DNA of 61,725 bases, counting the filler, from Bipalium vagum (Eukaryota): the NCBI GenBank assembly GCA_037834085.1. It is 3 parts of 3 records of this genome, joined end to end, with 100 filler letters (N's around TTAATTAATTAA, not from the genome) between each part and the next. Parts side by side here need not be neighbours in the genome. Positions count along the whole stretch, not along the records: positions 1 to 24,629 come from JBBMKC010199498.1; 2 more parts are not named here. One strand, written 5' to 3'. The translations under genes and the position numbers were made by a program. Under the pieces are notes generated by a model. It ran no database searches. It worked only from the letters and a program-made list of their open reading frames with translations, and was not told where the DNA came from. Each line of letters starts with the position of its first letter. The first letter of the stretch is position 1. Below are positions 1-20,699 of this stretch, in pieces.

Positions 1-35
1 AATAATATTAATAATAATAATAATAATAATAATAA

Positions 36-71
<36 letters not shown>

Positions 72-72
72 G
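1..72. repeat. (AAT)n microsatellite
   Basis: Near-perfect AAT trinucleotide run. Confidence 0.95.
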
Positions 73-1207
73 AATTGGTTTTTAATATTATAAAATATTT
101 TTAAATGTATTATTCTAATTTTATTTTTCATTATTTAAGTATTAATAATTCATTTTTGTTTTACATAGTTATTATTTAAGCATTGTGAGAAATTTTTTTT
201 TAAAAATATTATTAAATGTCTATTATTTTTTTTCTTTTTAAAATTTCACATATGAAATCATTTCATAATTTGTATTTTTACATAACTTTTCATCATTAGC
301 TTAACACAACACTAAATAAAGTAAGAAATAGTCTCCATAAATTTAATACTAATTTTTTATGTTGCAAATGAAAAGACTTTATATTCATGAATTTTAATTT
401 TTATCAACTTATTTTTTGTTTAAATTTATATTTCATATATGAAGCACATGATATATATATTTATGATTGTATTATTATTTTCTAAAAAATAATTCAGTTA
501 TTTTAAGTTTATTAAAACACATTTTTGTAAAATATAACAGGGATTTCGACATTTCTGAATTAATCTCAGCTAATATAGAGTATAAAAATATAAATAGAAC
601 TAAAGAACCATTTTTTATTCAAATTTATTAATTTGATTAAATTAATTAAAATAAATTTTGAAAAATATTGTTCGAAACACTTAAAAAATACGATATTTAC
701 AAAATAGGCTGTTTTTTAAATAATAATATTATTTTGAGATTATTATTATTATTATTTATATCAGACTATTGAAAATGTGAGATATTAAACTTTGAACATT
801 TTTACTAAACGTATATCAAATATTTGGCATATTCTCTGGTCTCGTTATCTCAATTTTCTAAAATTGACCATGGTTTTGGAATTCATTTTCTCACTATTTT
901 TATTTCCTGTTTTCAGATCTTTGAATTCCCTTTGATTTTCGACAGTCTACATTCCATTTAATAAAATTTTTCATACTATTCTTTGCCGTTCTTTTGTCCT
1001 TTTGAGTCTGCTTTGTGGGGATTTGTTTTAATTCGAGTTTTACTTAAGAAGTTTAATATTGGAAAATTTTTATCGAAGTTGTGCATTTTTCTCAAACATT
1101 CTCAAACATAAATCTGATGTGTCTTAAAAAATTATTTTTTATTTTTCAACTAATATAATAGTAAATATTAATTTAATTTCTTCATATTAATGCAGTGTTT
1201 ACGTGTT

Positions 1208-1327
1208 AATATTATTTAATAATATTGAATATTATCTCATGATATTGAATATTATTTAATAATATTGAATATTATTTAATGATATTGAATATTATCTCAT
1301 GATATTGAATATTATTTAATAATATTG
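1208..1327. repeat. 20-bp minisatellite, 6 units, each near-palindromic
   Basis: Units AATATTATTTAATAATATTG and AATATTATCTCATGATATTG. Confidence 0.9.
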
Positions 1328-2957
1328 AGTTTATTTCTCTAATGAAATTTTTCTTTGTTATTTTTAATTAATATCTTTAACTTCAATTTTATTTAAATAA
1401 TTTTACCTTATATTTTTATACACGAAAACCAATTAATAACATGTATCGGTTTATATTTAATATAAAAAAATTCAGATGTATTTTAATAATTTTTATTCAC
1501 GTTACCAGAAAAATTATTTCTACATATTTTCGAGTTAAAAATATTTTCTTTCTGAAAAAATTCATTGGTCTCTTTTTATCGAAACTCGAAGTTGCCAGTG
1601 GGGTTTTTCAGTTGAACGCAAAATTATTAATTAAAACAATTTGTAAACCTAACCATTGGTTATTGAAATGTAATTCTACATTTAATAAATATTAATATTT
1701 TATAAACAGCTTTAAAACCAATCTTTTATAATCATAATAAAGACGAATATTAATTGAGTTGATTTGATTTTCTGAGTTTTGGAAATCTTTTCAATAAAAT
1801 TTCACGGTTTTACGACTATTTTAATTGGTTTAAATAAATAATTTTACGTTTTAAAAGCTTGTGACACATAATATATCATTTTATTTTTCAAAAAATAATT
1901 TTAAAAAATATATATAAAGCATGAAAATAATCACCTCAATGTTAAAACAAAAGTTTTATAATTGATATTAATAATTAATAAATAAATATTATTAACATAA
2001 GAACCATTGTTATTATTAATGTATATTTATGAAATAGTCAACATATAATATAAATAATATCCTATTAAAAATAGACAATAAATTTACCACTCTCGATACA
2101 TTATTTCTTTTTAACTTTATTTATATTTTTTATTGTAAGTGTTTTTGATTTGAAAGTAGACATTTCTCCTCTGTGTTTCTTTTACAATAATTATCGCTTG
2201 GCTGATAAAACACAATATTAATAATGATCAATAAAAATGTGAAAGACAATAAGTTTAGATTTAATCAGAAATGAAATTTATTTATTTTCAACCGAGTATT
2301 ATATTTTCTGATTATTGTAAAATTTAGGTGTAAAATATATTATAATATCATACAATATACAAAAGGTTTTTTCTTATCGATTCCACTTCAACTAATCTAA
2401 GCTGTAAATCTAGCCGTTAAGGTATAATTTCCAGTTACCCCAAAGTCTCCAAGATAACCGTCTGGCTAATATAAAAAAAATTTATCATAAAAGGGCATTC
2501 ATGAGATGCGGGTGTTGCAAACAAAAAAGTTAAAATAATCAATGATGTATGCTCAATAGTACTCCAACATTGGTCATATTGATATTAAAGTCAATAAAAA
2601 GGTTTATTCAATGAAAAATCAGTCAAAATTTTCACCCTCTTCTTCATCAGTATAATTTAAAATTTCATTCAAATCTTCTGGATCTTCAGGTTTATTTCCT
2701 GAGTTCTCTTTCCTCAATTCTTTCAATACTTTCTAAACCAATACTTGTAATTTCACCATAAAATCGAACAGTTGTTTTTTAGAGGCTTTATAGGATTTTC
2801 TAGATTTTGGTATTTAATTACTTAATTATAACTACCCTATTTTATAAAATCTACATTTATTATTATACAAAAATGACATGTGTCCTATGTTCAGAATAAG
2901 TAGAGATATTTCATAAATATGGTATTGCGGCTTATACGCTGGTGCGGGTTATCTCGG

Positions 2958-3309
2958 CATCAGTTCTCAACCTTTTTTCTATGGTGACCCATTTTCCATT
3001 TTTAAGATCTTGGAGATCCCAAAGAAAATCAATATTACTAAAAAAAGTCATAACTCACCATATTTAATAAAATCAATTTTAGTAATAAAACCAACTTATA
3101 ATAATAAGATTATCAGATAATAACATTACCTATAAAATACTTAACTGTAATAGTTAAGGTAATTGTGAAGAGAATTAGTTTAATCAGAATCACGATTTAT
3201 TTAACAGCATCATAAAACACGATTTATCACATGTAATGATTTTGTACACTTACCATAATTCGGTGACTCCTTTAAAAATACTTACCGACCCCGAGGTTGA
3301 GAACCACTG
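2958..3309. mobile_element. hAT (Charlie/MER5-like) MITE
   Basis: Ends CATCAGTTCTCAACC and GGTTGAGAACCACTG resemble CAGTGGTTCTCAACC-type TIRs. No ORF, and no TSD resolved. Confidence 0.6.
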
Positions 3310-4529
3310 CTTTAGGATATATACTTATAAATATTATCTTATAAAAAACCTTGAAAAAGGTTATAGAAAACTCTTCAATATTTTTTGTCAGTAATTATCC
3401 ATTTTCATCATTAAACACAATCTGAACCATTGGTCTTCATTAAATAAAAATATCAATAAAAATAGAAAATTTCTTGGATTTCAAAGGATTCTGAATTAGA
3501 TTAATGTGTAAAAGTAAATGTTCTATTTTTCTGCTTCACTAAAACAATTTAAAACAATATTTCTTTGAATTATATTCCATTTCTTTTGTCTCTCAATATG
3601 CTATCGAGAAACGAAAGCCTTCATCCATTATCTAACTCGCTCGACATGATGCTCTTAGTCTCTTTCCGTTTTGACACCCCACTTAAGATTTGGGTTGAGG
3701 TTGTCATTATTTCTTGTGGAAATTTTCAATATCAAACAGTTTTCTGAGCATATGTCAAGATAAGCTTTGAGAAAGAGAAAAATACAAATTTATATTGATT
3801 TTTTTTCTTTATTTAATCATTTGCAAAGATTTTACTCTAAGTCGGTCATCCTTCATCGTGTTGGTTTTAAAATTAAATGGTTTTTTAATAGTAGAAAGAT
3901 TATTTAAACAAAATTAATCCCAAAATAAAATTGGCCAAATGAGTCTGCTTTTCATTGTCTATTTTTCAACCTCTAAAATCTATGATTGATTAATTAGAAT
4001 AGAGGCCGAACATCATGCGGTCTTCATGGAAAGTGAAGTTATTTTTAGAACTTTGTTTTTAAAAATAATTAAATAAATATTTTTATTTATTTTTTTAATG
4101 TTTGTTTTGTCTTTTTTCTATTTCATTAGTTTTTAAATTATGGTCTCTAATTTTATGTTTTTGCAAAATTTTTTATTTGAATTTAATAATTATTAATAAA
4201 CACATTTTAAATATAAATTAATATTATTAGTTAAAATTATTATTAGTAATTAATAATTATTAATAATTTATTATTATTAATATTATAATTAAAACTTCAA
4301 TCTGTTTTTGAATTTAGAACATTTTAATGAAATTGTAATATTATTAATCGTCTCGTTCCTCCTCCTTGAATTTCATTCGTTCTTTTTGTACATGTAGTTA
4401 TAGATTTATAAAATTAAAATATCACGAATAAAAATATTAATATTGATTAAAAAAATTAGAAAATTAATTTTTTTCTAATTTTATGTTGCGCCCACAATTA
4501 AGAAATATATATTGTTAAAAAAATAATAT

Positions 4530-4921
4530 TTTCACCAATATGATTCACCTCCATATTTAGATGTAGAAATTTGTCGTCATCTAAATGAAATCTTTCATTA
4601 AATATAGGATGAGTGTGAAGGTTGGAGAAATTGGTCATGAAAAAGTCAAGATCTTTTGCCATTGAATTTTTTCCTTTACATACATCTAAATAATTTTACT
4701 TCTTATGGTCCGAAGTGCCACCATTGATTTAATTGAATTATTGAATTATTCAAGCCTCTAATTTAATGAATTAATGTATTGCCAGATCAATTGAAAACTG
4801 CATTTCTAGTGTCTTGCTTTGTAGAAAATTTAGTTACTGCTTATAGAAATATACATATTAAATTCTTTCAATTAATTAACAGAATGGTGAAGCTTGGAAA
4901 TGAATTATCGAAAACCCTGTA
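4530..4921 (+). mobile_element. Highly decayed rosa/DD41D-like Tc1/mariner 3' remnant
   Basis: Degenerate FHQYDSPPY..RHLNEIF..W..KSQDLLPLNFFL; ends in a TIR-like ACCCTG followed by TA. Confidence 0.5.
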
Positions 4922-5432
4922 TTGAAATTTTACAAATTTTATTAATTCAGTTTTTATAATATTTTAAATTTCTCCCAATAATATTTCATTAAATATAAGT
5001 ATTTTATTCTATCAATGATTCATAGATTTTTCCTGTCAAGTTTTCTATTGAAAAAAATTTAGTACATTTTTCATCCATAGATCTTTCGTATACTTTATTG
5101 AAAATTAGAAATAATTATAAGTAAATATTATTTTCTTTCTGTCAAAATCTGAAATATTTCATTTAAAAAACATAAACTTTCTTCTTTTAACATTTACATG
5201 AGGTAATTTTTTATGAACCCGTTTATGTGGTTGTTATATTGTTAATTTACAAATCAAATCTTCCTTTAATTAATTATATAATTATAATTATAATCATTAT
5301 AAGTCAATAAAAACAATTTTTAAGTATTTGGTACCCTAGAATTGCCGATAATTCGATTATTCGATAAAACTTTAATTAATATTTAATAATTTTATAAATA
5401 TCTCGATAGAAATGGAGAATTTATACAACAGT

Positions 5433-5488
5433 AAATATTAGTTCTAAGCTATAATTTTTTAAATATTAGTTCTAAGCTATAATTTTTT
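5433..5488. repeat. 28-bp tandem duplication
   Basis: AAATATTAGTTCTAAGCTATAATTTTTT occurs twice. Confidence 0.9.
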
Positions 5489-6329
5489 AAAAATTATTTT
5501 TATTTTATAATATTTTAACTGTAATTAATAAATGCGAAAAATTATATTTTTAAGAAATAGTCAGCGCTCGGTTATTTGAATAAATTCCAAAAATTTCCAA
5601 TTTAAACTCAGTTATTGGAAAAAAGCAGCTGGGCTATTTGAATAATATTTATGTAAATTCAAACAAGTCGATGTAATATTTGTTTATAGTAATTGGTTTT
5701 TAGTAATTTATTATTTTATTATGAGAATTTACTAATGAATTTACTAAATATAAGTTTGAAATAAATTAATAATTTTATATTTACCTGTATTTTATAATTT
5801 AATTTTTTAAAACATTAATTAGGCATGATTTAATCTTGTAGACATCTTTTAATTCTATATAGTATTTTTTCGATTGATAACAATCTGAAAATACCTTTGA
5901 TTATATCTTTATTATTTTTATATATTATTATTATAAAATTAAAGAACTAAAAATAAATTTTTTTTCATCAATTTGATAAATCTGTAATTAAAAATTATTT
6001 TCCTTAATGAAATACTTTTTCAATCAATGTTTTTTTTGTTGTATATAATTAACGATAAATGCACAAAAATAGTTTTAAAAATTGAAGACAAGCAAAAATA
6101 ATGAAAAATTGAATAAAAAATTAAATACATCAAATTCAACATTAAAAGAATTTATTGAAAAATATTTGTAAACTATTTTTAATTAATTTTGTGAAATATT
6201 TGACGTTTTTCGATAGTTTTATTAAGTGATCAATTTCCTTGGTAAAATTAAAAAAATAATTCAAATTTTCTATTTATTTAATTTAATTTTTCAATTTTAT
6301 AAAAGGATTCGATATTTTAATTCTGCTAA

Positions 6330-12953
<6,624 letters not shown>

Positions 12954-14590
12954 TCATTTCATAATCATTTTTGTTTATTTATATATTGGATTTCTTGGTT
13001 TTCTCCTATTAATGATCCTTTGTGAATCTATTTTTAAATTTATTGTTTTTTGAATGTAATATTAAAATCTAGAAATTGTTTGTCTTTATTATTTATAAAC
13101 TTTGAGAAAATGTTTAACGTTTTGTGCTATCTCTCGATATATGTCGGTAATTGTAACTGAGTTTTGCGATCCAACAAAAATCACCTTTTGGCTGTTTTGG
13201 ATTTCAATTTATTAAATATATTTGAGTAGAAACAATAGAATGAATTTTTGCAACTTAATAAGCTCATTTTTATCCACCAAAATTTGTGAAGGAAGACTTC
13301 TACATTGTTAAAGTAAAAGTAGTTGAGATATTTAATACAAATTAAAGAAACTTATTTAATCAAAACTCCAAGGTTGTAAGATCAAAATAAACATATAAAA
13401 AAAAGAACAAATCAATTATTCTCAAAAATTATAAAATTTATTACAATTATATATATTTAGTTCCTTTATGTATAACCATACGATTAGAAAATTCAGAATG
13501 ATAATGAAGTAAACTTTCAACTTAATGACATTTTTTCATAATTAAAATAAATTTTACCTTGGTTATAACGACACTTAGAAATTAAAATTTTTACAATTTG
13601 AATCACTAAAAAATTAAGATTTCTTAATTATGACGGCGTATGTACCCGTCACATTTAACTGAATCATAGCTTACGCTGTCATATTTAATTGAGTAAAATT
13701 TATAATTTTTATATACATTTAACGTAACATTTTAATATATATTTTTGGATTTATTATTTATATTTATTAGATATGGATTACGATTTTTGTGAAACATTGA
13801 TCCGTTTTTCTTGTTTGGAAACGATACAATGGCTTATACAAAATAATCTATTAAAAGATATACAGAAATGCTCCAAATGTAACTCAATGATGCAAATGTG
13901 AACTGATACTATTATATCTGATAGTATCAAATGGAAGTTCACAAAGCATAAAACATCACTTAGTGTTCAAAGTGGATCATGAATTTCAAACTTTAAAATT
14001 CCGCTAAAAATACTAATAAAGTCAATTATATTATGGTCTATAAATCTTATGTTTGTAAAAAATAGTGAAGAAGTTGCAATGATGATAAGTACTGATATAT
14101 ATAATAAAACCAGAAAAATAAAGACAAAAAATGAAATTTAAATGCGAAATCTGTGACAGAAATTTTTGAACAAAAACTGGATTAATAGATCATAAAAAAT
14201 CAAAAAGTCATAATGAACAATTAAAAATTAATGAAGAACATTATAATAAATATTTATTTAAGCAGCTACCAAAATATAAAACTGGTGATCTTAATTTTAA
14301 TAAAGAAATCTTTCATAATGAATATGAATATATAATATTGAAAAAGAATTGAAAAATATATATAATATAATTTTGTTTATTTATTGACCAAAAACACAAA
14401 CCGTAAAGATGGTGAATTATAAAAATAATTTTGACAACAGTTTCTATAAAATATTCGATGTTATTATAATAATATAATTTTTTACCTGATGTGTTGTATT
14501 TAATTTCATTCATGTGTATGTAAAATAAAAAACCTTTGCAAAACAAAAGCCTGTAAAAATAATAATTCCTAAAATTATCACATAAATTAT

Positions 14591-15543
14591 TGTTACTATT
14601 ATACTTAGACGTAGTAACGTGTGCTTGTGTGCTCGTGACTCCTCACCTTTTTTAAAATCGTTGTGTCTGTAACTCCTCTTAATCTTTTCGAATCAAAAAA
14701 CCCACCACAATACCTTAACCGCACCCTTAGGAACTGAATCAAAACTTTTCAATAAAACTTTATTGACTAAAAACCAAATCACCAGGATAAGTTCCCAAAA
14801 TATGTCCAATAAATAATAATAACATGAATATACTACTATTAATGAGAAAAAAGAAAAAGATAATCACAAAGCGAGAAGTTCATGAAAAATAACACTAGAA
14901 ATAAACACAAAAAATATTGAACGGTCTCACCAATAGCGACAAGGGGTCCCGGGTTGCCCTCTAGGTCCTTCTCAGGTCACGTAGGGGTTTCCAAGGTCAC
15001 CGGGTCCCTTTGTGGAATCCTTCTGCGAAGTCATATCTACTTGAAAATATTTTGATGTCCTGTCTTCGGCTCGTAGCCCTTCTGAATTCGTGGTTTCCTG
15101 ATGGACGCTTCCTGGAATTGTCGTTCCCCGTTGTCGTATTCTCTGTTGGCATATTATCGTCCTGAATTCTGTTCCGATGGTCTAGCGTTTTTCTTTTTTT
15201 ATTGCGCCATTGTCGGGAACAGCGGTCTCTTTATATAGTCGTAGAGATTGGTCTACGATCACCAATCCCTACACTTAGAGATGGCTATTTTCCTTATTAG
15301 CCATCAACTCTATCTCTACGCCGAGATAGACTCATATCAAAACTAATGGAAACCTGCAGTTCACCCGACTGTCAGAGAATTCATTAGCCTAATCTGTCGA
15401 AAATCCCCATGGCGGGATTTTGTCAAAAAATAAATTTCTAAAAAATTTTCAAAAAAAAGTCTTATTATTATATTATTATAATCATTATTATTACTACCAT
15501 TACTAATTTCCATAATCATTATAATTAATTCCGAAATCTAACA
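14591..15543 (-). mobile_element. Solo LTR, copy A (953 bp; probably Ty3/Gypsy)
   Basis: TGTTA...TAACA termini and 4-bp TSD TTAT. Homologous to 35392-36361 and 40600-41172. TATA box, inverted CCAAT pair and AATAAA on the minus strand. Confidence 0.9.
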
Positions 15544-15652
15544 TTATTATTAATTATTTTAAATAAATAAATATATATATATATATATATATATAAATAT
15601 AAATAGTATAAATATATATATATAAATATATAGTATAATATAATATAGTATA

Positions 15653-16562
15653 CAGTAGTGGCCATTAAATTCATGCCACATACAAAAAAATAATTTTACG
15701 TATAATTGACAACTAAGCCAAAATATTATACATATAAATATATATTATGCTAATGTCATATTGATAATATATCGAATTAATGAAAAGTTAGTGAATTTAT
15801 ATTTATTCGTTTTGCTTTTTAGATTATGACATAAGTGCACGAAATGTATGTCGACGACTGGTGAACAATTTTGGTATATTAGCAAGACGCCCAGCAAAAA
15901 AACCACTATTGACGAAAGCTCAAATAGCTGGAAGAATAAAATTCTGCACAAAGTTGAAGGACAAACCAGCTGAATGGTGGCATCAAGTTATGTTCACAGA
16001 TGAAAGTACATTCCAAAAAGTAAAGAGTACAGGTTACAATTATGTCAGACGACCATCAGGCCAGCTGTTCAACTCAAAATTTACTATGAAAACTGTTAAG
16101 TATCCTCCTTCTTTGATGGTATGGGAAGGAATAACTGTAAAGGAACGTTTGGTCTACATATATTCCAAAAAGGCGAGACAATAAATTCTCAAAAATACAT
16201 AAGCGTTTGAAAATAAAGTCAAAAATCACATTAGCAGTATAGGAGCTACATTTCTTCAACTAGATTCAGTTCCTTGTCACACTGCAAAGATTGTCCGCAA
16301 AAGGTTCATTGATAACATAGTAAATGTTCTTCCAAATTGGCCATTCCATTCACCTGACTTAAATGTTATTGAAAACTGCTGGTGTATTATGAAGCAAAAG
16401 GTTGTTGCCCATCAACCAACTTCTGAACAGCAACTAATACAAATCTTAAAGCAAGTGTGAAGTACGGAGATAACGCCAAATTATTGTAGAAACTTGGTTG
16501 AAAATATGCCTAGGCGTATACAAGAAGTACTTGACAATAAGGGTTATCCTTCTAAATACTGA
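15653..16562 (+). mobile_element. Tc1-like element, frameshifted transposase with DD35E spacing
   Basis: TA|CAGTAGTGGCC left end; ARRPAKKPLL, VMFTDESTF, LDSVPCHTAK..WPFHSPDLNVIENCW, with 35 residues between D and E. Confidence 0.88.
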
Positions 16563-16918
16563 CATTTATCAAAAATAACATTACGTAAACATTTAGTTGT
16601 AAATAAATCCTTGCAGAAAGCAGACAGTCAAAATGATTGCAAACAATACACAGTTCTGATTTTATACTCACCTTAAATATTAAAATTTGTTGAAATTAAC
16701 TATTTATTATTGTCAATGTGATTATTTCCCTTTTGAATGTTTTTTGTAAAACAGTGACATATAACTAAATTTAAAATGAAATTTTTAATTTTAAGAAATA
16801 TTTAAGATATAAAAATTAAAATGACATTAAAAAAAGTTTGAATAAAAAGGATACGTTGAAAGAATTTGTTTAAATTTTCTCTTTTTATAAATTATTTAGT
16901 GTTGGATTAATTTTTATC

Positions 16919-19900
16919 ATGATTGACTTGTTTACCATATTTTCGAAGGGTGGTTTAGTTTTGGTTTGGTATTTACAAAATGGAACAGATACGGTGACTA
17001 AATCAGTGAATTCTTTAATAAAATCGATTGTTTTACAAGTATTATACAATACTTAAATTTCCAACTATTTTTATATAATTTTTAGGATAAAGTAAGCAAA
17101 AACCCTTATAATAATGATTTAGTTTCTCTGCAGTATTATATGGATAACCAATTCGATCTAGTTTATGTTGTAAGTTGTTAATTACATGTGTTCTGTATTA
17201 TTTTAATTTAAGGTAGCATATCAAAGGGTATTAGAACTAAGTTACATGGATAAATTTTTGACAGCAATTGAACTGAAATTCAGGGATAAATACAGAAATA
17301 TTTTGGAATCTAAAAATTTTCTTAATGATTTTTCTGATTTCTTGCCAACCGTAGATAAGATATTTTTAAATATTAAAAGCGAAGCTCTTAATAAACCAAA
17401 AAAGTATAACTATAAATTTAAAAATAATTTAAAATTTTCTACTGTTTCTTATGGATTGTATTTTACTTCTAGAGAAATGATATCATTTCAAGAATCTTAT
17501 AAATCATCTAAAACCTTGAAATCGATGACCAATGAAAACTTACGAAATTCTAAGATAGAAAAGCCCAAGATTATTGATAAGAAAGTTGAAAAGGAAACTT
17601 TGGAAATTAAACCTGAAGGTATGATTTTCATAAGTATATCATTATAAAATTTTTAGTTGATTTTTTCTACGTTTGATTTAAAATATTGGAGATATATCTA
17701 CATCTTAAAATCATATACAATGTTGTATTATTTATCAAGTTTTTAAAATTGAAATTAACTAGAAAAAGGAAGTACAAGACAAGAATATACTATATTATAG
17801 GTATAATTTTAGTTCTTAGTGTCATGTTATTAATTAATTATTTATAAAGTTAGCAAAGTCACTGAACTTAAATTTCTGTAGTGAAGTACACTTATTTTTG
17901 GTATTTCTAATCGTTGGGTTGATTGACCAAATTTAAATTCTTCTTTTTATTGGTTTATATTAAATTACTATGGTTTAATCGATATTAATAGTTAAAAAGC
18001 AATAATGAAATTTTTAAAGCATTTTCTTTTCATTTGACTTCAATTGTTTCAGTTGTCATAATAATCTATTATATAATTTTAATTATTTTACTAATCTTTT
18101 TGATTGATGATTATCAATAATTTATTATGATAAAAGAATTCTGTTTTATAAAAAAAACTTTTCTATCGAAATTTTGATATTCCTTTAATCCAGACTAATT
18201 ATAGCGAATGGTGATACGGATGAGCTGAAGTGTAACGTTTTTATTCCATTTCATTAATTAATTTTTAACGTAATGTCTACACAATGTTACAATTTTAATA
18301 AAATCAATATTCTGAACTTTATTTTGTTAAATTTTTTAATAATAGTAAGATTTCAAACATTACAGTTTTCTTTATTAAAACTCTAATAGGATTTATAAAC
18401 ATTTTTAAATTATCTGAAATTTTTTTATGTAATTTACCATATCATTACTTTACAGTTGAAAAGGTTGAAGAGGAATCAATCCAGAGTAAGCTGGCTAAAA
18501 TTACAAAAGGTCGATTGAAGAAGTCCAAAGTTGGAATCAGTAAAAAGAAGTCCAGTCCCAATGATTCTCCTTTAATTGAGACAGTAAAAAAAGTTAAGGG
18601 GAAAGAAAATCGAAAGTGGACCAATGAGGCTACTGGAGTGGAAGCAGCTGCTTTGAATTATAGCAAAAAAAGCGAAATCAATGGCGATAAAGAAGATTAT
18701 TCTTTAGAAGATAAACTTCCAGCTGAGGATTTGGAAGAACTCAACCAACTGAAGGGTCGATTAGAAGGACAGTTACGTGATATTGATGCTGAATCATCGG
18801 ATTCAAATGGTTCTGATGTCGAGGTTGAAAATGAGGATGATTTATCAAGTAGCAAGTTTCAGAAAAAATCTAACAACATGTTCAGTTTACTGAGGAAATG
18901 GGTTGGTGTTCCTGGAGGAACGCTATCGGAAGAACAAATGGCTCCGGTTCTTGAAAACCTGAAAAATCATTTGATATTCAAGAATGTTGCAAGTGAAGTT
19001 GCCTCAGAATTGTGCAATAGTGTATCTAAGAAACTGGTTGGTACTGAACTTGGAGCGTTTGAACGAATATCTACAAAGATTAGAACTGCAATGGAAGACT
19101 CTTGTCGAAAACTCTTAAATTGTGGTAGACGTATCGATGTTCTGAGAGATGTTATTGCTGCAAAAGCACAAGGACGACCATACGTAATTTCATTTTGTGG
19201 TGTCAATGGAGTTGGAAAATCGACAAACTTGGCAAAAATCAGTTTCTGGTTAATTGAACAGGGATTTAGAGTTATGATCGCAGCTTGTGATACCTTTCGT
19301 TCTGGAGCCGTTGAGCAGCTTAGAGTGCATGTTCAAAAACTTAATTATATTCACCCACCGGAACAACATCATGGTCAGCAGATGGTGCAATTGTACGAAA
19401 AAGGTTATGGTAAGAATGCAGCTACCGTAGCGATGTGTGCCATTTCAGCTGGTAATATCATATTTGGTTTTTAATTTCAAATTGACTATTCGTTTCCAGC
19501 AAAGGAAAAACATTTTGACGTAGTAATGATTGATACATCTGGTCGAATGCAGGACAATGAGCCTTTAATGCGCTCCTTAGCAACAGTAAATATTATATTA
19601 TATTTTTCTAGATTATTATTTTTTTTTAGCTTATTTCGGTTAATCAACCTGATCTTATTCTTTTTGTTGGTGAGGCGCTTGTTGGTCATGAGGCTGTTGA
19701 TCAGCTTGTCAAATTTAATAAAGCCCTTCAAGATTATAGTGGTTCTGATCACCCTAGAACTATTAATGGAATAGTACTCACGAAGTTTGATACAATTGAC
19801 GATAAAGTTAGTTACCCTAAAGATTTTGTTTAATTGGAAATTATTGTTTTTCATTAATCAGGTAGGCGCAGCTATTTCAATGACTTACATACTGGGCCAG

Positions 19901-19987
19901 CCAATAATGTTTGTGGGAACTGGCCAAACATATGCGGATTTGCGTCAACTGTCTCCTGAATCTGTTGTAAAATCTTTAATGAAATAA
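16919..19987 (+). CDS. SRPRA: Signal recognition particle receptor alpha (~641 aa); exons 16919-17038, 17086-17169, 17213-17403, 17473-17618, (optional 18205-18231), 18456-19451, 19500-19585, 19630-19806, 19862-19987
   Basis: N-terminus [15 protein letters not shown]; [62 protein letters not shown]. Spliced length 1926 nt, in frame. Confidence 0.96.
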
Positions 19988-20699
19988 TCATTTTTTTCAC
20001 CTGACATCTGATTTCTTTTCATCGGCTGGTGAAGGCTTCAGTGATTCCATACCTGTTTTACTTACATTTGTGTGATATTTTAATAAATACTATTTGCTCT
20101 GATTCAAGTTTAGAGTTGTTTTTTTGAAGTTATATTTCAAATGGATATCATTTATTTTATACGATAGAGTTTATTGTTTTTAAAAATTATGCAAGATTTT
20201 ACAAAGTGCATTTTTTGAATTGTAATTAAAAGTAAAAATTTATAAGAATTTTGTTTTTCGATGTTAAATAAATTTCTTTTTAATTAAAATTTTTCGTGCT
20301 GTATGAAGCATAAAATATATTTTTAAAATACAAATCAAAAGTTGTACAAGATTAAAAATTTAATAGTTAATTAATTTTTCATATTTAATGTCATTTTTAT
20401 TTTCGGCTTCAAATATGTTACTTATGTAATATGTATATGTATATTAAATATGTACTTTACCAGATCTCAAATTGTTTTAAAAATCTGATATTTTATTAAT
20501 TAATTATTAAAAGGATATTTTACTGAAAAATTTCAATATTTATAAGCAAAATCAATCTTAGAATTTTAATTTTAAATAAATGTTTAATAAGTAAATAAAT
20601 ATTAAAAAAAAATTAGTTTAAATAATATAGCCTTATCTTTAGTTTTTTAAAATATTAATTGAAAATATTTAATTTTCATACAGTAAACCGATTTGAATA

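Noticed and set aside
1441-1695. 84-aa ORF and similar F/I/K/N-rich short ORFs (for example 10057, 14313, 30881, 46485, 48529)
   Set aside because: Composition expected from random AT-rich DNA; no recognisable domains.
14939-15013. Hammerhead ribozyme in the LTR island (GAAAC and CTGAGA present in copy A)
   Set aside because: CUGANGA is incomplete and GAAA is not conserved in copies B and C.
18967-19854. Antisense and alternative-frame ORFs over SRPRA (similarly 22753-23025, 31913-32326, 33024-33329, 7683-8030)
   Set aside because: Shadow ORFs of real coding sequence with no independent motifs.
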